DNA from: Gordius albopunctatus
Taxonomy: Eukaryota
Length of the DNA: 64,000 bases
Reading direction: 5' to 3'
Assembly: GCA_964276515.1 (NCBI GenBank)
Contig: OZ193909.1
Span: 5,952,001-6,016,000 of the forward strand
Numbering within the stretch: the first letter of the stretch is position 1; each line of letters starts with the position of its first letter. Positions 11,872-23,975 of the stretch are shown one piece after another. Below the pieces are notes generated by a model. The model was not told where the DNA came from, made no database searches, and was given only the letters and a program-made list of their open reading frames with translations. The position numbers and the translations under genes are program-made.

Positions 11872-14196
11872 ATGTCAGGGTTAAGAAGATTGCTTTCTCA
11901 AGAATGTTTGGAAAATCTAAATCAAAATACTATTCGTAAATTAAAATTATTCTATAATTATAGCATTAATTTAGAATACCAATCGTCCATTAGAGGTAAA
12001 CCTGTATTGATCTATCAAGAGAAATCTTATTTAAAGCTACGAGGTGGGAAAAAGGGTCAAATATATTTAAATTGTAGGAATAGAAAATGTTCTGGTAGGG
12101 GAATATTAAAGGAGGAGATGTTTATACCAACACAACCACATATAGAAGGATGCATTGATAATAGTATTATACCTATACATGTGTTAAGGTTTATTTTAAT
12201 AGATAAGAATGATGAAACATTTTCACTGCCTAATGGTATATTTATTGCTCAATTTATTATTACTTAATATATATATACTTATAAGTTTAATGCATTTATT
12301 TTTCTAGATAAACAATTCTTCAACACAACAATTGAAACACAAACAGATGCTTCAAAACAAAGTACTCCTTTATCTTTTGGATATTTAAATATAAATGTAC
12401 CCTCTTTAGATGATAATACTAAGTTAAATGTGTCTCCTATTTCAAAGAATTTTGTTTCCACTCTACAAGTTGATGATGATCAGAATCAAGTTGCAAACAA
12501 TAATACATCAACAATAAGTAAAAGTTTCGTACAAAATACATATTAAGTTAAGTCTATAGGATGTCAAATAAAGGGAAACCTGTTTTAATATATAATAAAA
12601 GGTCATATTTAGAAGCTAGTAAAGGGAAAAGTGGACAGATGTATTATAAATGTAGAAAAGCTAAATGCTTGGGTAGAGCCAAAATCAAAGAAAATCTTTT
12701 TATAATAACATGCCCTCATTCCTCTCATTGTTCAGATCTAGAAGTAGAAAATATTCCCAAACCTAAGAGAAGGAGAGGTAAAATGTTTCCTAGTATGTAT
12801 TTTTGACATTCACTAATTTTTGTCATTATTGGTCTTTGTGGTCAGAAATACTGATTCAATAATTCCCATTAGGCTAATAATAGATTTGTCAAATTTTAAT
12901 TAAAGGAAATGCTTATTTTATAATATATTATTTACATATTGAATTTTAATTATATACAGCAAAGTCAATTAATAGAAGCAAAATAATTGCAAAGGCACAA
13001 ACATTATCTATAGTAAACCTTGACCAAGGTAAGTTCATTTATAGTTCTAACTCTATTAGATACTTTATAATGTCCAGAATTAAATGTTGATGATGAGAAC
13101 ATCAAAAATTTGCATTCCAACACAATAACCAATACCCCTAAGGATACAAGGCATGAGAAAAGTAAGCTTACTTATATAATATTGAATAATTAAAACCACC
13201 TTTTTGATTACAACACAATTACACACTGTTTGACCATTATGGTAATTTTTAAAGCTTGTTTATTGGTGACTATTATAATGTCCATATTTTGACATTATGT
13301 CTTTTGTAAAAAATTAAAATTAATATAGCAAAGTTTAATATTTATTAAAAAATATAATATTATTATTCATTAATTTAAAATAGTTAACAGTTATGAAATT
13401 GAGCAACTAGTACATAAGGGTGGTCAGCATTGGAATTAGAGGGGGGCAATAATGATTTAGGAACGGGCAAAATGATCTTTTTTGAAATTTTAGCCATAAT
13501 TTTTTATATATTTTTGGATTTAGAGGGCGGCAGCCGCCCCTCTCTGCCCCCTTGGCTATGCCCATGAAATAGTAGATTTACATATCTCTTTTTTTAAATT
13601 TAATTTTATAGCAAAATAATTACTAGAGCCTGAATACATATTATTAGGTTAACCTCATATTAAATTTTCTTTTCATAATAATGGACAAAGTTTTTGTTTT
13701 CCTTTATAAATAGTGTAAGTGGTGTGTATGTAGTCTAATTATGTAAATACCGATTTTAAAACACTAACAGCTCTATTAAATGTTGCACTCAGTCGAATAT
13801 GTGAAATCGCAAAAAGGCAAACGTTTCCTCTATTATCGCGGCTACCTGTACATGCTGAACAAGACGAGAATGGCTTCGCTCTACTACATTTGTCGAAGGA
13901 GCGGGTGCAAAGGGAAGTTGTGCCACGAGCCGCCCAGCATAATTAAAACGTATTACGAACACAATCATCCAGCCGACAGCAACGAGTACCATCGTCTAGT
14001 TACCCTTCACATGTTGAGAGAAGAAATTTTAAATAACCCCACACTCAAGAGGAAAGAGGCTTACGATAACGTCATGAGGCGTCGGTACAACGAGGTTAAA
14101 GATATCGAAAATTACCCGTCCGGCATACCCCTTTTTGATAGGGTTAAATATACCCTGGGTAGGCAATATGCCAAAGCAACCCTCAAAAGCAAGTGA
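11872..14196 (+). CDS. Multi-exon protein with three FLYWCH-type zinc fingers
   Basis: Three domains: SIRGKPVLIYQEKSY..YLNCRNRKC..HIEGC, SNKGKPVLIYNKRSY..YYKCRKAKC..HSSHC and SQKGKRFLYYRGYLY..YYICRRSGC..EHNH. They join through short GT-AG introns, mostly phase 1. Last exon 13793-14196; some internal boundaries are tentative. Confidence 0.72.
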
Positions 14197-15439
14197 GTTT
14201 AAAGCTGCCGCTTTATAAATTATTTGCAAACTCTACTGAAGTATCAATATTGTTTTGCTTTAGGGTTTACTTTTCAAATGAGTTTTTGTTATAAATTTGT
14301 CCTCTGCAATTTAATCCTTTACAAGTATAAGGTGGTATGTTTAAAAAAAATTTAATTGCCATTTATGTGTACATTTTGTGATGACAAAGCGGCTACAATT
14401 TAGACAAAAATTTCATTTTACGCCCAACTTGATACTTTGTTTGAGGCTTGCATAGGTAGGCGTAGCCAGCATTGGAAATAGAGGGGGCAATAATGATTTA
14501 AGGAGGGGCAAAATGATAATTTTATGAAATTTTAGCCATAAGTATAATAATTTTCAACATATTTTTCGATTTAGAGACCCTGCCCCCTTGGCTACGCCCA
14601 TGAAGGGTTGATTAAATATTTTTCGTTACTTTATAGCTTGCTCATATGGATGAAGCGTTAGATCCCTCTTAGTCAAATACTAATCTACGGGTTATTTTTA
14701 TCTAAACAATCGGAAAGTAGCAACCCTTACAGACACAAAAAAGATGGTGTTTACGATTGAAACCAAATTAATTTTCTATTTTGACAATTCAATAAATATG
14801 ATCACCACCTTATAAAACTCTAAATATGTTGACATAATGAGTCATTTGGTATCAACCCTTGACTAGATATAAATTATATTTAATTTAAATCTATTATTTC
14901 TTAGGTCTACACTTGGTGAAGTCGCATGATAAAATCCTATAATCGTTAAAAACTCTAACCTTTTACACATCTAAGTAATATACTTTGTTTACTTTTATTA
15001 AATTTAATATGTTTTTATATATTAAAGTAAATGCATATTTTATTTTTAATAATGTAATTTTTTTGATAATATTTAGAGTAATGTTTTGAATTTTAATTAA
15101 TTAAGGATCATTGTGGTGTTGCAAGAGAAAATTAGGAATCGACTATTTATGCAAATGGTGATGGATTATAAACGTGGACTTTTTTATTTATGGATATATT
15201 TAACATTGTCAAAATTTTTGTCCAAAATGAAATAAATTGGTTATTGTTGAAAAGGATCAAAGTAATGAATTCAAAAAGCTATTTCGTTTAAACCTTTTTA
15301 GAGCTTTTTAAATAACTTTATTTTGTTCTAGTATAGAAATGTGCAATATAAAGATCTAAAAAATTTAAATATACGTTTCCAATTAAAATTTCTTAAATTT
15401 AAATTTTGAGCTTTATATATTTAAAAAATGTTTATGGAT

Positions 15440-15900
15440 ATAACTAGGCATTGAGGGTGATGACAGATTCATCTTGGTGATGTTGTCTAATATGTATTTC
15501 GGTTTTAGACCCAATTCAAACATACGAAGTTTTAACAGAATCGTCTATTTTAGTCAAATCTGAGGGAGAAGATTGATGGTCGTGCAAAGAATTAGCATCA
15601 TACACAATAACTCTTTCTGATGTTGATTCATAGGGAAAATAACATCGTGTTTCGCATTGCGCTCCACGAAACTTTACCTGATTAAATCTAGCTCTATTTA
15701 AATACCGCTTAAAATTACATTAACTGTAATACACCTTAATGCCTTCCTCGCTTCCATTTCGGTACCAAAAGCTCCATATATTTTAGGCTCATTTTGCCTC
15801 ACTCATTATCATGGGCGGCTTTTTTTACCCATTCAATCAATCTGTACAACCACCTGCGATGAATTTCAACTCCTGAGCTTCCTGCTTCTTCCTCTTCGTC
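15440..15900 (-). pseudogene. Decayed MULE-like transposase N-terminal zinc-finger fragment
   Basis: Minus-strand pieces EGIKVYY..NQVKFRGAQCETRCYFPYESTSERVIVYDANSLHDHQ and MFELGLKPKYIL, with stops. Resembles invertebrate MULE/SWIM-associated proteins (recognised from memory). Confidence 0.5.
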
Positions 15901-16404
15901 TGATAAATAAGGCGAGATTTGTGTTGGACTTCCATAAGGTTCCTGCATAAGTGCGAAACTGCACATGTGGCGAAATTTAATATATTCTTCGGCAAATATC
16001 TAACAAATGTGTCGAGTATTGCGTCAAATAATTTAAAGTTAAGCAACATATGATTTTATCCATAAATCCTTGCTTTTTCCATATAATATTATTTTTAGAC
16101 AATTAAGACGAGCAATCATTTTGTCGATATTTGTATGCCAATCTTGAAAAATTATACAAACAATATCCTTCTGCTCCTTTAATTCATTCTTAAACTTTTA
16201 AGTGAGGATTATAAATAAAGTTAACTTTTGGCCAGTTGAGCTAAATTCCTTCCATAATTAAGCAATTAATAAATATGTGTATGTCAAATTTATGTGTTAT
16301 CTTGGCGTCAAGGAACGCCAGTTATTTTCCGGTTACAATCTCATATTAAATATTATATAAAAAACAGACAGCTTAATTTGTTTTAAAATTTATAAAATCT
16401 TTTG

Positions 16405-16625
16405 AATACTTAGCATAATTAACTTATAAACCTAGCATATAATTTAAATACTTAGCATAATTTATTTAATACTTAGCAAATAATTTAAATACTTGGCACA
16501 ATTTATTTAATACTTAGCAAATAATTTAAATACTTGGCACAATTTATTTAAATACTTAGCAAATGAATAAAATACTCTTCATTTGATTTTAAAACTTAGA
16601 ATTAATTTAAAACCTTAGCAAACGA
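16405..16625. repeat. AT-rich minisatellite, ~20-bp unit
   Basis: AATACTTAGCA(A/T)AATTTA repeated about 10 times. Confidence 0.75.
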
Positions 16626-16819
16626 ATTTAATACATGGAAAATGACCCTAAAAATACTTACAAATTTGAATAATTTGTTGTGTTTTTAATAAATATGGTG
16701 CATAGCACACATAGAGTAACTAGCAAACAAAGGGTAATGCGAAATTTAAGGGACATAATGTGTTCATATAAATTAAAATCTATTACAGATGCCGCTAATC
16801 TAAAAAATTTGCATTTATT

Positions 16820-18038
16820 CAGTGGCGTAGCTAGGGGGGGGGGCGGGCCCCATAAGCCCCCTCCCCCCCCCCCCCCCAAGGGAAAAATCTTAGGCCCCCG
16901 AGCCTCTTCCGCCATTATTTTTTTTTATCTTAATTAAGAAACAATATAAAGATTATTATTATTGTTTCTGGATAAAAGTTTTAATTATAATATTACAAAT
17001 AAAAATAAAGATGCTGTATAAGACAATAAAGGGTGAAAATTGTTGAGTTGACATAATTTCAAAATTAATATTAATTTAAAACCCGAGTTTTTTATAATTA
17101 ATTTCCACTTTACTTTTATTAATTAATATGAATAGCAAGAAGCAATTAAAGCTTAACATGTTTTTAAAGCCCTTAGCCCCAAGCAATAGGTTAAATCAAA
17201 TAGGTATTTAAAATTTTTATTATTAGGTTTATATAAATATAATATTAGGTGAAGAAAAAAATGCAGTCCTGAAAGGTATTTACTTAGTGTTAGTGCTTTC
17301 ATTCATTTATTCAAATACAACTTTATAGAAAATGAAAAGGAGAATTACATTGACAGTAATAGCTCTTCATCCTCAACCTCGAGTAATTAATTATATTAAA
17401 TAATTTCAAAGCCATAAATTAGATTACACTGAAGGTCTTACTAATTTAATTGAAAATGGCATTCTAGAAAATTCCAATCATAAAAATAAAAGATTGATTT
17501 CAAAATTGATTTATATTATCCTTTCATCGATAGAATAATAGCAGAATTAAAAATAAGATTTTCGAAAATTAATTGTAATTTATATAAGTCCTTAGAAGAT
17601 TTAAACCCTTCATCCCCTTTTTTGCGATAAATCTCTTTTATCAGAAATAATTAACCATTATGAATTAAAAACTGGAAGACGGCGAAATAAAAATGGCAAA
17701 AAGTTTTGTAACACATTATAACTCTTTATCTTAAATAAAAATGCAATGATATTTTTTCACTTATTAAAATCTTGCCCCCAATTGTGTTTCCAAATTTTAC
17801 TATTTTGATTAAAATAATTTTAACTATCCCAATAACTTCATGTTCATGCGAAAGATCGTTCTCATTTCTAAAACGGATTAAAACTTATCTTCGTTCCACA
17901 ATTGGACAAGATATGTTATCTTCCTTAGCTTTATTGAGCATAGAACATGACTTTGTAAATGTTATTCCCCTGGTTGATATTATAAATTCGTTTGCAACAT
18001 CGAGTAAAAGGCGTAATGAACTACTATTAAAAGACTAA
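16820..18038 (+). mobile_element. Decayed hAT element with C-terminal dimerisation domain
   Basis: Left end CAGTGGCGTAGC at 16820. ORF 17772-18038 FPNF..LTIPITSCSCERSFSFLKRIKTYLRSTIGQDMLSSLALLSIE. Right end not found. Confidence 0.75.
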
Positions 18039-18767
18039 TTTTAATATTTAATGAAAAATTATATAGGCTTTTAAACTTTTTAACACTTTCAAGATATATT
18101 AAAATATTATTAAATTTACGAAAATTCCATCCTGGTTTCAATTTAATTGTCCATCTCATATGCTTATTCTTTAACATATCTTTTATAAAACTTATGATGG
18201 GAAAATGGTGTACAAACTATTTTTTGGAAAATTACACCATTTTTCCCCCTTTATTAGTGATATCCCATCATAAGTTTGATAAATTAATATTAATGACCGA
18301 TTCCTGCATTTTATAGACAAATGTTAACGCATCCAAACTTTCAAGGGATAAAAATCCTAAAAAATTCATTCAGTTTGTCTTTGGACTCTAAGTTGTTCTG
18401 TGCATCTCACATCTCTAATTTAATCTAAAATTATCCATCATTTAATCGTAACAGAATATTTTTAAGGTTCATTTAGCCGTTAAATTTATCAGTTCATTTT
18501 AATTCTTAGGTGATGTAAAGGGGGGAGGGTTGTACAAATATATCTATAATATCAGGGGCAATAACTTCTAAATACTTATTCTTTAACGAATTTTAATTTC
18601 ATAATTAATTTTTTTTAATTTTATGTTATAATTACGCCTTTTGAGCATCACCTTAAAAAAGACTTTTAAATGTTCTCATTGTTCTCTTGATATAAATGCT
18701 GCCAATATTGCATATTTAAAATTAAAATTTGTTATATATATGGCCAAGATTTTTAAGGTTGTGGCAA

Positions 18768-20203
18768 TCTATATATATAAAAATCTAAGTCCCTTTTTTT
18801 GAACGCTAATAACTTTTGAAGTTCTCAACCGATTGCCACCAAATTTGGCCAGATTATTGCCTTAGCATTGTAGAAGGTTTATAGATAATTTTTATCAACC
18901 TGCAACAGCGGGAACCATGTTTTTTGGTAGTCTATACCGCCATCTAGCGGATTATTCATACTACGTTTTTTGTACTTATTTATCGTTATGGTGCTACCAA
19001 ACCAATTACCTTAAACTTTTTTCCACGATTGCTTTGTCATTTGCGTCTCAATTTTTTACTCAACTACGCCCGTTTTTTTACAATATATAAATTTGTAACA
19101 AATAAATATTCACGACTTAAATAAATATAACGCGCGCTTTCAGAAACATTCCCACGTTTCGTGCTTTTTTGCTATTTTTAGGAAGTTTTTTTATATTACA
19201 ACTTTCCCTATTTTCTTAATTTGTAAGGCTTGGGGGCCAAAGGTTGTTAGGGTGGTTGTCGCAATGTAACCAAAAATTATAGTATTGTTAATTTCAGAGT
19301 AATTGAAAATTTCAGAGTGGACAGGGGATATTTGTTGTGATAAGATGGGGCGAATACGTCAGTACATCTATAGTCCAATGCTAAAATGAGTCCTTTTTCC
19401 CAAGCGCCTATAGATTGGCCAACGGGTTGTTTGCTATCTTCACAGAGGCCTGTGAGTTCAAGAATAGAGGAGATATTATAAGTTTGTTAACCGCGGTATG
19501 TCAAAGATACCGAGCTTTGTTGCTATTACAGTGTAGACCATGATGGCCATTCGATTTTAGGGAATTATTGCAAAGTTAAGAAATTTTTTCAGCAACTATT
19601 TTGTCCTAATCTTAGGCTTCGGATATCGTTGTTCGATAATAGTAGACCGAGGTTACGACTTGGGAAAGCTTCGGGTCATTCGTGACCTGAGCGTGGAGCT
19701 AAGCTCCTAATCGCTGGAAGTTCCTCTGCCGAAGCGCCATTAATAAGAGACTTTAAGAGGCACTCGGACAGGGGGCCATTCCAACACTTTTGAGTGTTTA
19801 CTCAGGGGTTTGATAGATTGTAAACGAATTCATTAAACCAAATTTTAAGGTGTTTTTCTACTATCTCTTCATTTTATTACTGTAGATTTTAGGCTATGAC
19901 GATTTATCTCTGAATTGTCAAACATTATCATTGACTTTTGTATATGTCACTCAACTATGAATGTTATCGCTAAACATCGCTACCTAATAATATTTAAAAC
20001 TGTTATAAATCTATTTGATTAATAATAAATATGGCTTTTTTATTAAGCTAATATTTATTTGCATAATATAAAAATATATTTTTTCACATCACAAACTCTC
20101 TTTCAGCTGACCCAAATTCTTTCATATATTTTCAATTGATAGGTAATAATTATTTAGCCAAATAAGTACTAAGCCAAAGCAACGCTTGGCCGGGCACAGC
20201 TAG
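18768..20203 (+). mobile_element. Non-autonomous Helitron
   Basis: A|TCTATATATATAAAA 5' end; 3' hairpin GCCAAAGCAACGCTTGGC followed by CTAG|T. Inserted between A and T with no TSD. Confidence 0.8.
19220..19800 (-). pseudogene. CRE-clade non-LTR retrotransposon 3' fragment (zinc knuckle plus restriction-like endonuclease)
   Basis: Translates as AFPSRNLGLLLSNNDIRSLRLG, CNNSLKSNGHHGLHCNSNKARYL*HTAVN and LELTGLCEDSKQPVG..WEKGLILALDYRCTDVFAPSY, degenerate versions of GxHGLxC..RH..N and DGKRPDG..WD.TC.DT.APSY. Confidence 0.75.
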
Positions 20204-21074
20204 TAATTTTTATAAAAACTTTGTTATATAGTTTTTTAACTATTTGCACTATTTTTTAAAATGTCAACGATTTCTTGCCAATATCCTCTTTTAACTTTTA
20301 CCCTTACAAATACAATTCATTTATACAAAACTTATTATACCATGTGAAATTTTCTATATTGTTTCAACTACATCACTTTGTTTTATTTATGAATCAATTT
20401 TATTTATTTTATGCTCTATAAACATGAGGGGACATATTAGTGTGATGTTAATGGAAAAAATACACAAAATAGTAGCGGAATTTTAAGTTTGTCCAACGTT
20501 TAGGAGGGAAAATTTTTTTAATTGCATTTGACCCATGGTCGTAATTAGGTTTTGGATTGGGGGGGGGGGCAAACCATAGATATTCTTTATTCAGGTGGGC
20601 GTAGAAATTTTTTTTGTCCCCCCCCCCTATTTTACCAGCTCAGCCCCCCCCCCTATTAATAGTGGTAAAAGAGATTAGTGATTTGAAATTAAACTTTTTC
20701 TATATTGATTTTAAAATATCATATTCTTTAAAATTTTTTATATTTAAATAATTGATAAATTATCAATTATTGTTTTTAACTAGCGAAAACGGCATATTTG
20801 CATTTTTAATGAAAGATACTAAGGCATTACATAACTTTAACGGGTAGAAGTGGAAGTCAGTTTGGTTTTCTGTCTCCCTGTTTAGTGTTGACTTATTATC
20901 TTTAATTTTTTCATATTTATGAGGATGTATTCTCGGGAACGTGTCAAAGTAGCACTGAAAAAGCAGCGAATTTCGTCACAAATGATCCAATATCTGTTTT
21001 TTGATATGGTGCAATTTCAAATCAAGTAACATTATTTTTATGAAATGAAATTAAATTTTTAGATTGTTTTAATA

Positions 21075-21345
21075 TTAAAACAAGAATATTCTAAGTTGAT
21101 TTAATAAAGAATTTCTAGCTGTTGATGACTGAATATTCTAATCATGAAGTTTATTGAAACAAGAATATTGATTTATGATTTAATAAAGGAATTCTAACTT
21201 TTGATGACTTAATATTTTAATGATGAAATTTATTGAAACAAGAATATTGATTTATAATTTAATAAAGGAATTCTAACTGTTGATGTCTAAATATTCTAAT
21301 TATGAAATTTATTGAAACAAGAATATTGATTTATAATTCTATAAT
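21075..21345. repeat. Tandem repeat, ~80-bp unit, ~3.5 copies
   Basis: AACAAGAATATT recurs at ~21079, 21158, 21237 and 21316. Confidence 0.8.
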
Positions 21346-22062
21346 TATAATGAGGTGTTAACATCGAGATAGAGGTCTCTTGACCCCCATGTACTAATCC
21401 ACCCTCTCTCTCCCTTCTCGTTGCAATGTGCAATAGCAGATTTAAACCTATCAGATTTAAGTTAAGTACTAAACTAAACATATAAATTATGACACATCAA
21501 GGCGGCATGGTGGGGCGTGGGCTGGCTAGGCTCTTTATTATATCATTTTACATTCATTTCGTTTTTAACGTATAACATGTCTAATAATTGTTACGATTTC
21601 GACTCTAACTCTAGCTCTACTTTGGATATGGATGAAAATGAAAGTGATGCTTTTTCTTATAATTATGTCTAAGCAATTAGAAAATTAGGTTTCTTATTAA
21701 ATAATAAGCAATAATTTAAATTAAGATGCTTAACTCATTTTTGTTACTAAGAAAAGTCCTATATTTTTTAGGATGCTTATAAGCATTGTAAACGCGAGGT
21801 ATAAGTCAACAGGACGTAGAGTGTTGGTGTCTTGTGAAAGCATAGTAATTAATAGCTTGATATGCTTTTTGGAAATACCTTAAGTTTTTCCATTAAATGG
21901 CCAGATAACTTAAACAGTAAAACTTACTTACCCATGATGGCAAATTTTTTAAATTAGTAAAACTTCATATAAATATTATATTTAATAATACAGCTTATTT
22001 CTTAAATGAAGTTAAATTAAAAAAATCTATCTTAATTGATATGGTATATTAAGACAATTGCT

Positions 22063-22330
22063 GACCGCAAATCTTCAAAAATATGTTTTCTAATATTAGA
22101 AAATCTTTGTCATATAATAAGTCAATTTTCAAAAAAATAAAATAAATTTCAATAGAAAATGTTGATTATGACATTTGTCACCACTGGGACCGCAAATCTT
22201 CTCAAAGATATTTTTTCTTATAGTAGAACATCTTTTAGTCATATAATAAGTCTATTTTCAAAAAAATATTAATTTCAATAGGAAATGTTGGTTATGACAT
22301 TTGTCACCACTGTGATCGCAAAAATTCACA
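22063..22330. repeat. Tandem repeat, ~125-bp unit, just over 2 copies
   Basis: GACCGCAAATCTTC...TTATGACATTTGTCACCACTG is repeated. Confidence 0.7.
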
Positions 22331-22868
22331 AAAATATTTTGAAAGGGTTAAAAAGGGCTTTCCGGATCCCAGGTGTGAAAGAGGGTTAAAAATTAGGGGG
22401 GGGGCAAAACACCCCCCTCTCCCTGCATCAGAGAGAGGGTAAAAAATAAGGGGGATACAAAAAATTGATATATTTGCATGCCCAACCCAAAACGACCAAA
22501 ACCAAACCAAAAGGTTAAATATATTATCCACCCAAACCCTTTAGGTGTTTAATACACCCAAAGCTAAGCGCCAAAGGTGGCCCAAAAAAATTCACCCAAA
22601 ACGCTTTGGGTGTTTTTTACGAAAACGCCAAAGCCCTCCCAAGAAAATTCACCTAACACTGAAAAGGCTGGGTGGAAAAAACGCCAACGCTTGCAACCCT
22701 TGGTTTTTTTTCACCACTATTATAAGCCATTACAATTAATTTTATTTTATGTATTTAACGATTCGTTTCGTATTTTCTTCCTAACCACGATTTGTGCTAC
22801 TTTTTTTAACGCCGTGCTACTTTGAACCCTATCCGTATTCTCTAAAAATTGATCATCAAGGTTTAAAT

Positions 22869-23641
22869 CTGCAACGGGCCGTTTTTAGAAGGTCGGCCCG
22901 CCCGTACCCGTTTTTAAAATTTCAAGGCCCGTCCGGGCCCGCCCGTAATTTTTTTTCAACACTTCAGGCCCGTCCGAGCCCGTCCGTAAATTTTTTAGGC
23001 CCGTCCGAGCCCGTCCGTAAATTTTTCAGGCCCGTCCAAGCCAGTTAAAAAATTTTTTAAACGAACTCCGCGTCCGTCCTAATTCATCAAAAATTTCACA
23101 AAATTTTATTTAATTTTTTGACATATTCATAGAAATACATCAATAATTATCATGTAAAAATAATAAATCATCAACAATTTCTGGTTTTAGGCGAGTTCGC
23201 CTTTCTTAATTTCGCTCGCTGGTGGCACTCGTAGCCGGTATACATAATATCATATGTGCTAAATGTGCTAATTTAGGATATCTATTAAAGGATAAAATTA
23301 ATTTTAAATATAATACTTGTCCTCTTTGGCTTTCCACCATTTTAACAGATCGAAATCTGTCTCAAACTCAATAGTTTCATCTAAATATTGACTTTTTGTT
23401 TTTTCTAATTGTTTTATGTTTAAGCACCTTTGTAACTCCAAGACCTTTTATATAATCTCTGGTTCGTTTAAGCCCACTTATAAAACTTCAGGCCCGTTCA
23501 AGCCCGTTAAAAAAATCTCAGGCCCGCCCGAGCCCGTTCCATTAATTTTTAGGCCCGTCCGGGCCCGGCCCGTTAAAATTTTTATGATACAAAGCCCGTC
23601 CGTACCCGCCCGCGGGCCGGGCCGGCCCGTGCAGATCTCTA
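22869..23641. mobile_element. hAT-like MITE with GGCCCG-rich subtermini (TAGAGATCTGC TIR family)
   Basis: 8-bp TSD GTTTAAAT. Right TIR GCAGATCTCTA intact; left TIR lacks its first 7 nt. Relatives at 54481-55530 and 57810-59116. Confidence 0.8.
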
Positions 23642-23975
23642 GTTTAAATATCTACTTTTATGTGCTTCCATAAATTTGCAGTGGTATTCGTAGGTGCCCT
23701 ATCAACTCGCCGAAAACAATCTTGCCAAATTCACCCTGGGACATTAATGATTCTCTACCCATATCATAAAAAGACCCTAAATTGAGTACATTTTATAAGA
23801 ATGATCAATTTTATTATCAAAAATACCTAAATTATAACTTTAATCCGAAATTGGATGATTAATATGCATTTCGCTACACCAGTCTCCCCTACCTATAAAT
23901 AAATTAAAACTGATTTTTTTAGTAAAATAATGTTCAAAATGTCTAAAAAACATGATTTTACTAATATATGCTCAT

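Noticed and set aside
16658..16937. Gly/Pro-rich ORFs (similar cases at 49387-49608 and 48645-49087)
   Set aside because: Produced by poly-G/poly-C tracts in transposon ends.
22794..23673. Pro/Arg-rich ORFs
   Set aside because: Translations of GGCCCG subterminal arrays of a MITE.
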